IMG/VR virus record: IMGVR_UViG_3300025144_000001
Span: 1 to 63,240 of that record
Length of the DNA: 63,240 nucleotides
Reading direction: 5' to 3' (one strand)
From: a virus
Taxonomy: Duplodnaviria > Caudoviricetes
Below the pieces are notes generated by a model, which saw nothing but the letters and a program-made list of their open reading frames with translations, was not told where the DNA came from and made no database searches. The translations under genes were made by a program, and so were the position numbers. Below, in pieces: positions 56,143 to 63,240 of this stretch (its first letter is position 1; every line of letters starts with the position of its first letter).

Positions 56143-56649
56143 TCAACTTAACTTCTCTGCAATAAACCTTTCAGTATTATATTTTATCGGTATCCAACCT
56201 AATTTTTCGCATAGTTGACGTTGTAACTTGTCAACTTCTTCTTTGGTTGGAGTGTAACTGTCTTTCGCCGCATATAATTCGACCATAATCTTACACATTG
56301 GCTTTGCGACACGTTTTAGCTCTCCAATAAGCTGATCGCGCTCGTCGTTATCCAGAAACATGAAGATGTAATTAGCCAAAATAATATCAACGCTGTTGTT
56401 AGGTAGTGGAATGGGGTCATGTCCCAAAGTAATCTTCATTCCAAAGTCGTCAACCATATCTAAAGGAAAGATTTGGCATCCATGATTCTCCATGAATTTT
56501 GAATTTCGACCGTTACCACAACCGATATCAATGACAAAGGGTTGCCTCCGTTCCCGAATAAGAAGCTTCCAATTCTTACGGAGATACGGGGTCTCCCTTT
56601 TCCTTCCACAGCGAACACAATATTTTCCATTTAGATACAAGCGTGTCAT
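56143..56649 (-). CDS. Class I SAM-dependent methyltransferase
   Basis: VIDIGCGNGRN, PLPNNSVDII, ELKRVAKP. Confidence 0.85.
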   Translation of the reverse strand: MTRLYLNGKYCVRCGRKRETPYLRKNWKLLIRERRQPFVIDIGCGNGRNSKFMENHGCQIFPLDMVDDFGMKITLGHDPIPLPNNSVDIILANYIFMFLDNDERDQLIGELKRVAKPMCKIMVELYAAKDSYTPTKEEVDKLQRQLCEKLGWIPIKYNTERFIAEKLS

Positions 56650-58459
56650 TCCTCAATCCCTCTCTAGAGGTACTTACATTTACCTCACTTGGTCCCGCTT
56701 CACCGCGGCCCAATGCCCACATAGCAGTTGAACCCCGACGAATCCCGTCCTAAACGCCCGCACTTTCGCTTTACCGTTCTCCTGCACCGCTTCCCGCTTC
56801 TCACTGTTACATTTACGGCAAAACCACAAATCACTCAACCGCGATACCTCCGAGACGTAACTTTAATCCCATGCGCTTCAAGCCATTTCGTAACCAACTC
56901 CTCCTCACCTGGCTCAATCTCAATCCGCACCACACGCTTACCGTTACCATCCAAAATCTCCGCAAAAGTTCCATGAAATAACGTTATTTTTGTTGTCACG
57001 CTTCAAACCCCAATTGCGTGTAGATGAGCTGAATCTTCGATGCGCGTAGCGATGAAATTGGCTCCAAGATGTAGTATTGTCCACAGTCAGAACATTGAAA
57101 CAGCCGAATATCTTCGATTCCCGTGACATAGCGTAGACGTGGATTGTTTTCGTCAATACATCTATTCTTCTTCATGGTTCATGCCTCGCATAGTCTGGGA
57201 ACCTTAAAAGCAATTGTCGCGCAGTTAAGGTTTTGAGGTTTACATCCCATTCGAATCCCGCGTCATCCAACCAAAAGCCGTAATAGCTTTTCTGTTGTGG
57301 ATTGTTATTGTGGTACCAAAGTATCCTTCCGCTATCCAACTCTAACCTCACAATCTTTCCTTCCCATGGTTTCGGTTTTTTGGGGCATATGCCCGATTTT
57401 TTAGACTCAATCGGTGGGATATACTTCGATGCACAAACTCCGAAAGATGTCCCATGATTAAACTTTCCTTGATTTGCGTATCTTACCTTTGATCGTTCTT
57501 CCGCCGTCGATTTCAGTTTTCTCATATGCTTCTGCCTCTCCAATAATAATCTAACAGTTGTCTTAAAGCTATAAGATGCCTTTGTTTGAATGAAATGTAA
57601 TCATCCTTACCATCATTAAATTTTGCGCCATACTTTGCCAATCTCCACAATCGCGCAAACACTTGGTGAGAAGTCATTTTTACCGCATCCTCGACTCTTA
57701 TCGCTATTTTTGTTGGTTCATGAAAATTTTCGCCTAAAATTATTTCTCCTATCTCTCGAATAAATTCGTCTTCATTCACTCTCTCGCGCTTGCTCATATT
57801 ATAACCTCACAAATTTGAGATATTCATGTTTTTTCCACCATGCCTTAAGGTACATTTTTATCCAAATCCCAACGCCTATATGTTCTTAACGATTTTCGAG
57901 GAGACAGTTCTTCTAGGAACTTTAAGAATCTCAGGTATGGGAAATCTAGTTTAACCCCTATTGCAATGCTTGTGTTTAAGATTGACTTGACTTCTCCCTC
58001 TACGGTTTCAACGGTTCTTTGAATTGCCCAATCTATGATTTCATCAACGTGACTGAATTCCCATAATTGCTTTTTGATTTCAGGGTACTCTTGAAGCGTC
58101 TTTTCATTGACTTTGTACCCGAGCATCTTCTCGAAAACCTCCTCTTTTATCCTATCGTAATTCATATTACCGTCACGTCGTTTATTGCATGGTTTAGTTC
58201 TTCGATGAATTTTCCCCTCACTCTGGGTCAGGTAGTGTCTTTAGTGCTTGAACCGCTTCTCGGAACCACCAAGAAGTCTTAATGTATATTGGTCCGACTA
58301 ACGGAAACACGGGTTCACGTTTCAATAGTAGCACGTAGCAATGATCATCGTTTATGATTTGGGCTCTGCCACCCCATTCATCAGCTAATGTCAATACAGG
58401 TTTTGCTTTCTCCCCGTTCTCCAAGTGCACTTCCTCGTCGGTTTGCACGATTTTATACA

Positions 58460-59038
58460 TTATTTCACCTCCTTGCTTCGTTCAAGTCTTCGTTTGTCAA
58501 TGCTCACCTGTTCTTGTACGAATATCGGGACTTTGACATTTGTTTCATGCACCGCATTCCAATATATATTTGCGTCGTGTCGAAACACATGGTCCCAAAA
58601 CCCTGTTTTCAACTCATCCCCGTAGCGTGTGCCTTCGCTTTCCTTAGCTTTCTTTTCAATCCACCAAGCCGCAAAAGCCTTTTTGCTAAGGTTCCGCGCT
58701 TTCTCGTACTTCTCAATGCTTTCCGCAAACTCCTGCTTACCTTGCTCAATCTGCTGCTGGTACGCTTGAATGTGCGACTCGTATCCTCTACGGATCTCCG
58801 GCGAAACAGGTTTACCGTCCAATACGGCCCTGACAACCGCGTTTTGATGCTCGTCTAAAATTGCTAAGTTTCGCTTCAACTCTTCATCGCGTCTACGGTC
58901 GTAATCGTTCTTGGCTCGCTGGCTCATACCTGCATACTGCGATGGCGAACAATCTTCAAAAATCGTAAACGGCTCGTAGCCTTTTGCGCGCTTCCAATCC
59001 TCTAAACTCATTTCCCACGGCTCAGTCATTACTATCAT
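58460..59038 (-). CDS. Hypothetical helical protein
   Basis: EPWEM...H..AV..A...GKPV; GGAGG SD. Confidence 0.6.
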   Translation of the reverse strand: MIVMTEPWEMSLEDWKRAKGYEPFTIFEDCSPSQYAGMSQRAKNDYDRRRDEELKRNLAILDEHQNAVVRAVLDGKPVSPEIRRGYESHIQAYQQQIEQGKQEFAESIEKYEKARNLSKKAFAAWWIEKKAKESEGTRYGDELKTGFWDHVFRHDANIYWNAVHETNVKVPIFVQEQVSIDKRRLERSKEVK

Positions 59039-59457
59039 CCTCCAATGTAGATTGTATGTCCTACTTCTGGCGGGATCTCGTAGATGTCGGTTTCTTGAAT
59101 CTTCCGAGCCACTAAAACCTTAAAGTTGTAGTCGGTTCGATCCCTGAAACTTCCTTCTACGAATCTATTCCATATTTCGTTTTCGATTTTCGACTGCACA
59201 TCTTCCGTTATTTTCCGGTGGACATGCACATATCGGTTTCCACCCGCTAAGATTTCACCGCTTACTGGGTCCCTGTCGATATCCTCGAATTGCGCAGCTA
59301 TCTCGTCGACCTTAACCGTGGCTGGTCCGTTCTCGTAACTTACGTTTATGCTTTCGCCCAAACTGTAGCGGTCGCATCTAACGCTAAATCTAACTCGCGG
59401 GAATTTCTTCTTTAGTATCTGCCTCATCTCTTTCGCTGCTTCTGTAACATCCTTCAT
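59035..59457 (-). CDS. Large-polyvalent-protein-associated (LPD29-like) domain protein
   Basis: AKEMR..LKKKFP..FSVR...YS.G.SI.V...GP. Confidence 0.65.
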   Translation of the reverse strand: MKDVTEAAKEMRQILKKKFPRVRFSVRCDRYSLGESINVSYENGPATVKVDEIAAQFEDIDRDPVSGEILAGGNRYVHVHRKITEDVQSKIENEIWNRFVEGSFRDRTDYNFKVLVARKIQETDIYEIPPEVGHTIYIGG

Positions 59458-59619
59458 TCCGCTATTCCTCCCTAAATTTTGGCTGGCAATCTTCGCATAC
59501 AGCCCTAATCTTCGGTGGCGAAACGCGAAAGTCTATCATGCTCGATCTGTCGGTTCTCTCAATCGTTTTTCGGCAAATTGGACAACGCATAAACTGATGT
59601 CCTGGTCGATCTAACTTGC

Positions 59620-59769
59620 TCATTCCGCTTTAACCTCCAAACCCAACGCTTCCCGCAGTAGCTTGTTCACGGCCGCGCTGAAGCTTGGTATGTGTTCGCA
59701 TGTTTTCCGGTACGCTTCCACCGCGTCATGCACCTGATCGCTGAAATAAACCGTCTGCCTATGCACCAT
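59620..59769 (-). CDS. Ribbon-helix-helix protein (49 aa)
   Basis: Manual translation MVHRQTVYFSDQVHDAVEAYR...SFSAAVNKLLREAL. Confidence 0.65.
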   Translation of the reverse strand: MVHRQTVYFSDQVHDAVEAYRKTCEHIPSFSAAVNKLLREALGLEVKAE

Positions 59770-59974
59770 CTTTCAGCCACTCCAAAACTTCCTGTGCTAC
59801 ATAACGGGTTTCCAGTCTGGCACCCATATTCGTATACCTTTCCGCTTTCTCAATAATTTCTTCAAGATGCTTCCGTAACGCTTCACGCCACTCATCAACC
59901 TCAAACTCATCGTAACAATGCTTGTGCTCAAGCCAGAAAGATTTCTTTGGAAACTTCATTTTTTCCACGCTCAC
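59759..59974 (-). CDS. Small hypothetical protein, first gene of an early transcript
   Basis: Paralog of 44731-44930; TATA box about 30 nt upstream. Confidence 0.65.
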   Translation of the reverse strand: MSVEKMKFPKKSFWLEHKHCYDEFEVDEWREALRKHLEEIIEKAERYTNMGARLETRYVAQEVLEWLKDGA

Positions 59975-59997
59975 ACTTAACCCATATCATACGCTCG

Positions 59998-60011
59998 CTT
60001 ATAAACTTTCG
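59998..60011 (-). promoter_or_regulatory. Archaeal BRE-TATA promoter
   Basis: CGAAAG-TTTATAAG at leaderless distance from GTG 59974. Confidence 0.7.
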
Positions 60012-60058
60012 TTAATCCTCCGACCCATAAAAAACGGGTTTCGCGTTACTCACGCTCA

Positions 60059-60505
60059 TCAAGGAGGATTCTCGAACGGGTTTTTAGGTTCCGGGTTCGC
60101 CGCATCCCAAACAGCCATTATTCGGTCTTCTTCCTCCCTGGCTTTCCTATTGAGGTCGCTTTGTACTTGCCACCGATAATTCTTTCTAGCTTTTTCGTAA
60201 GCGTCTTTTCGCGTCAAATATTCATGATATGCGTCCACTAGATCCCATCTTTGACCGTCGAAAACTTTGATATTTGCCTTTTCAAATGATCCTACCCAAT
60301 AGCAGTGTTCCAACTCGCCACCGTCATTTTTATAGCAAGGGATGCCGTACAAGTATTTGGTTCCCTCACTCGCGAAAGCTATTACAACGGGTCTATGTTC
60401 ACTATACCTATCGTTTTTCTCTAATATCGTCTTGAACGAAGCTGTTCTTACAATCTCTCTAGCTTCATCAATCGTTACATTTTTTCCCTTCATTGTTCGA
60501 GTCAC
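60059..60505 (-). CDS. Hypothetical protein
   Basis: GGAGGTG SD; 148 aa. Confidence 0.6.
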   Translation of the reverse strand: MTRTMKGKNVTIDEAREIVRTASFKTILEKNDRYSEHRPVVIAFASEGTKYLYGIPCYKNDGGELEHCYWVGSFEKANIKVFDGQRWDLVDAYHEYLTRKDAYEKARKNYRWQVQSDLNRKAREEEDRIMAVWDAANPEPKNPFENPP

Positions 60506-60733
60506 CTCCTACATATACACTCCTTTCGCCGCATAATCCTGCTGTAGGTCCCATGCGAGTACGCATTCAGCCGCCGCAATCGTCGCATCCGCATGCATCA
60601 AAAACCAACGCTCCACAAAAATCATAGTAGTCGCCTCACTTCCGCAATTATCTCCTCGTTCGACAGTTCGCGCTTCAGCATCCCAACTGCACGCCGCAAC
60701 AACGCACGGCCCGCCAAAGTCAAATTATCCATT

Positions 60734-61036
60734 TTACATTATCTCCGCATCGACATATTCCGCGAACATGCGCAAACGCGAATGTACTTGTGTTATATCG
60801 TAGTTTCCGCATAACGCGTTTATTGGAACGCGAAACAGGTTGTCGAACCTGACGCTCGCAACCGCATCATACGTCTTCGCCAAAACCGCGTGCATAACCT
60901 CGTGGTTGACGATCCTTTCAACGCTACCGAAAAGCTCCTCATCCATGTCGGTCAAGTGAATCACATCCGCGCAAATATTGTAATGGCTAACCGCTTTACC
61001 CGTCGCCGACGGCACATTAACCACGTAATCGGTCAT
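60734..61036 (-). CDS. Small HExxH metalloprotease-like protein
   Basis: NHEVMHAVL. Confidence 0.5.
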   Translation of the reverse strand: MTDYVVNVPSATGKAVSHYNICADVIHLTDMDEELFGSVERIVNHEVMHAVLAKTYDAVASVRFDNLFRVPINALCGNYDITQVHSRLRMFAEYVDAEIM

Positions 61037-61867
61037 AGTTACGAAACCTCCCGCTTTAACCCTAATTTCTCGAGGAGTTCAAGCTCTGTCAAATTAACGA
61101 TGAAATCTGGTATCTTATCTTCTGGTACTTGCCTTCCTTCAATCTCTTTGTAATACGCCGCAGCAATATGCCATTTTCCGTCTCTTTCCCGCGTTAAGCA
61201 GTATATCTTCCAACCCTGATCGGTCATCGCGCACTTACACTCCTAACGCTTTACCCAGCAGGTACACGAATGTTTCAATGTTCGCTAAAACTTGATGCGC
61301 AAGCTCCTGGTCCCGCACAAGCTCCAAAATCCAACCCATCGACCACAACCAAAACTCATAAATCATCCGCGCTTAAACCTCCATGTAAACCCGCATTCAT
61401 TCAACTCACCAACCATGATGCTTGGCTTTCGTCTGCTGGCACTCCTAACTCTTTAGCGGCCCTAATCAACCCATCAATCAATGCTTGGATTCGCTGCACT
61501 TGGTAAACTGTCGCAAACATCTTCTTCATAGTCGACGTAAACAGTAAAGTCTCGACAACCTTAGCCGCTTGATCCTTGGCTTCTGTCAACATTTGCTTGC
61601 CTTGCTCATACGCTTTTTGCTCAATTTCCGTTAACTCTTCCTGTGTCGATTCGTAAAACGGTCCCCTCTCAAAATTCGCTTTCACCTTCATTTTTCATCT
61701 GTCTCCGTAAAGCTTAAACAAACATGCTTCTTTCTCGCTCCAATCCTCAACCTGGAAAAGCACGTCAATCAATTCGCGCTCTGGCTTCCATTCACCGTTT
61801 TTCCCAATTGCTTTCTCGAAATGCATCATTCCCTCACACACTCACACCTAACACTATATCGCCCCCA

Positions 61868-61876
61868 CTTATAAAC
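61868..61876 (-). promoter_or_regulatory. TATA box (GTTTATAAG)
   Basis: Same 9-mer as at 59998 and 62866; similar downstream GATAT..GTTA.GTGTGAG. Confidence 0.6.
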
Positions 61877-62095
61877 ATTATCTTTAAAGCCTACAAAGTC
61901 CTTTGTTGGTGTTTAATGTGGCTACGGGGGGCGGGGGATACGAAATTGTATTCGTTTGTTTCGCTTCGTATTACTGTATTGGTCCCGCAAATACATAATA
62001 TTGTGCATTCAAGTACATAATTGCGCTCTCTCATGTCTGTGGCTTTAACGAATATGATAGCCCACTATAACTTATAGAGAAAAAAGGAGAGAAGT

Positions 62096-62455
62096 TTAAG
62101 CTTTCCCGTTTGCTTTGAGGCTTGCGATGGCCGCGTCTAGCTTGCTGCGGTGAGTCTCCAAGTCGTTGAGGATTAAGGATCGTGTTTCGTCAGGAGCGCG
62201 CAAATAGGCTTCCTCTATTATCTTTGCTAGTGTTTGGTCGCTTGTGGCGTATTCGCCAGCTAGGAGTTTGACGACTCCCATCTCGCTTAAGTTGATTAGA
62301 GAGCCCACTATTGCGTTGATGTTTGGGCGCGGCACGCGTTCACCCTTCGCCCTCGCAACCTTAACACTCTCGCCCTGCTCCCTCTCAACCTGATCGTGCA
62401 AAAGGTGGATGAGGTCTTTCCGCGCTTGCTTACTCACATACTCGACATACGACAA
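62096..62455 (-). CDS. Hypothetical helical protein, possible regulator
   Basis: 119-aa ORF in the early region. Confidence 0.55.
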   Translation of the reverse strand: MSYVEYVSKQARKDLIHLLHDQVEREQGESVKVARAKGERVPRPNINAIVGSLINLSEMGVVKLLAGEYATSDQTLAKIIEEAYLRAPDETRSLILNDLETHRSKLDAAIASLKANGKA

Positions 62456-62865
62456 TCTTACAGCCCTCTCTTACTCTTCATGTAAGAAAGCTAGTATTGG
62501 TTCTTTGTTGTAAACGTAGTCATTGATACCTTCAAAAGTTGTAGTGTAGCTATATCCGGCTGTAACTCTACCATCATATACGACGTGAATTTCGTATGCG
62601 AATCCTTTACCTAGCTCAAGTTCGAAGATTCGCTTCATCATGTGTTTGCACCTGACACAAACCCTTTCTTATGAAGTCCTTGCCTACAACGAACACAGGT
62701 ATAACGATGTTTCTGACAGATTAAACGACAACCGCACCGACAGGTACATCTACGCTTTCTATAAGCTCTACTCATTCCCTCACGGATCTTCTTTGCTCTC
62801 CAAGCCCAGTATGCCTCACTATGGCTCATGCGCTTGCACCTGGCAAACAGTATAGGGCTCTCTTG

Positions 62866-62874
62866 CTTATAAAC
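62866..62874 (-). promoter_or_regulatory. TATA box (GTTTATAAG)
   Basis: Upstream of the leftward early genes. Confidence 0.55.
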
Positions 62875-63240
62875 CTAGCGGCGAAAGTAATAGAGGGCTA
62901 TCCTACGATTTATTGGATGCGCAGGAATCGCTGGAGATAGAGGACTAATCCTTCGAAAGGGAAAGAGTGTTGAGAAAACCGTTTTCGGTAGGTTGTCTCG
63001 ACTTTCGGATGCTGTGAAACGATATGGGACGCTATGAAACGATATGATGATATGGCTATAACGCTGTTATAAAAAACAAAAAATCCTTCAGCCTTCAATC
63101 CCCGTACACCTGCTTCCTCCACCATACTCCGAAACCCTTGGCTCCAAACCTCTCGCCCTTCCAAGCGTCCTTCCCCGTTTGCGGCCGCGCCCTTCACCCT
63201 CCTTCACGCCAATGACCCGCTTCCACCACCACAGCTTCCA

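Larger units (their letters stand above)
1..63240. mobile_element. Near-complete tailed archaeal virus (siphovirus-like, likely temperate) genome
   Basis: Contains terminase, portal, prohead protease, HK97-fold capsid, tail tube, tail chaperone, tape measure and integrase. No host housekeeping flanks are visible. Archaeal SD and TATA motifs are present. Confidence 0.93.

Noticed and set aside
1-63240. tRNA genes, att duplications or terminal repeats
   Set aside because: No cloverleaf with a T-loop consensus and no repeat shared by the two ends was found by eye. tRNAscan-SE and a self-alignment are needed to exclude them.

Overview
The whole window reads as a near-complete, probably temperate, tailed archaeal virus genome (Caudoviricetes; siphovirus-like, no sheath gene seen). 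Archaeal signals include GGTGA/GGAGGTG ribosome-binding sites, BRE/TATA promoters, an eL40-like ribosomal protein and a TFIIB-like zinc ribbon. A TACK host such as Bathyarchaeia is my inference, not proven. Nearly all genes are on the minus strand. From right to left: small early/regulatory genes (63-56 kb); a tyrosine recombinase with a perfect 24-bp palindrome upstream; replication and nucleotide genes (metallophosphoesterase, N4-C methylase, Cas4-like nuclease, P-loop helicase-like ATPase with iteron-like repeats, DUF1599, nucleoside deoxyribosyltransferase); a hydrolase-rich island (tandem-AAA/Cdc48-like ATPase fused to a Lon protease domain, zincin, alpha/beta hydrolase, subtilisin, trypsin-like protease, small membrane proteins, a structured ~170-nt RNA-like element, eL40); terminase and portal; head genes with an encapsulin-like capsid protein; an 8-gene sugar synthesis/glycosyltransferase cassette with a split transketolase inside the morphogenesis operon; and tail genes with a classic -1 frameshifted tail chaperone. 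All family assignments come from motif recognition by eye, with no database searches. No tRNA, rRNA, CRISPR array or reverse transcriptase was found.
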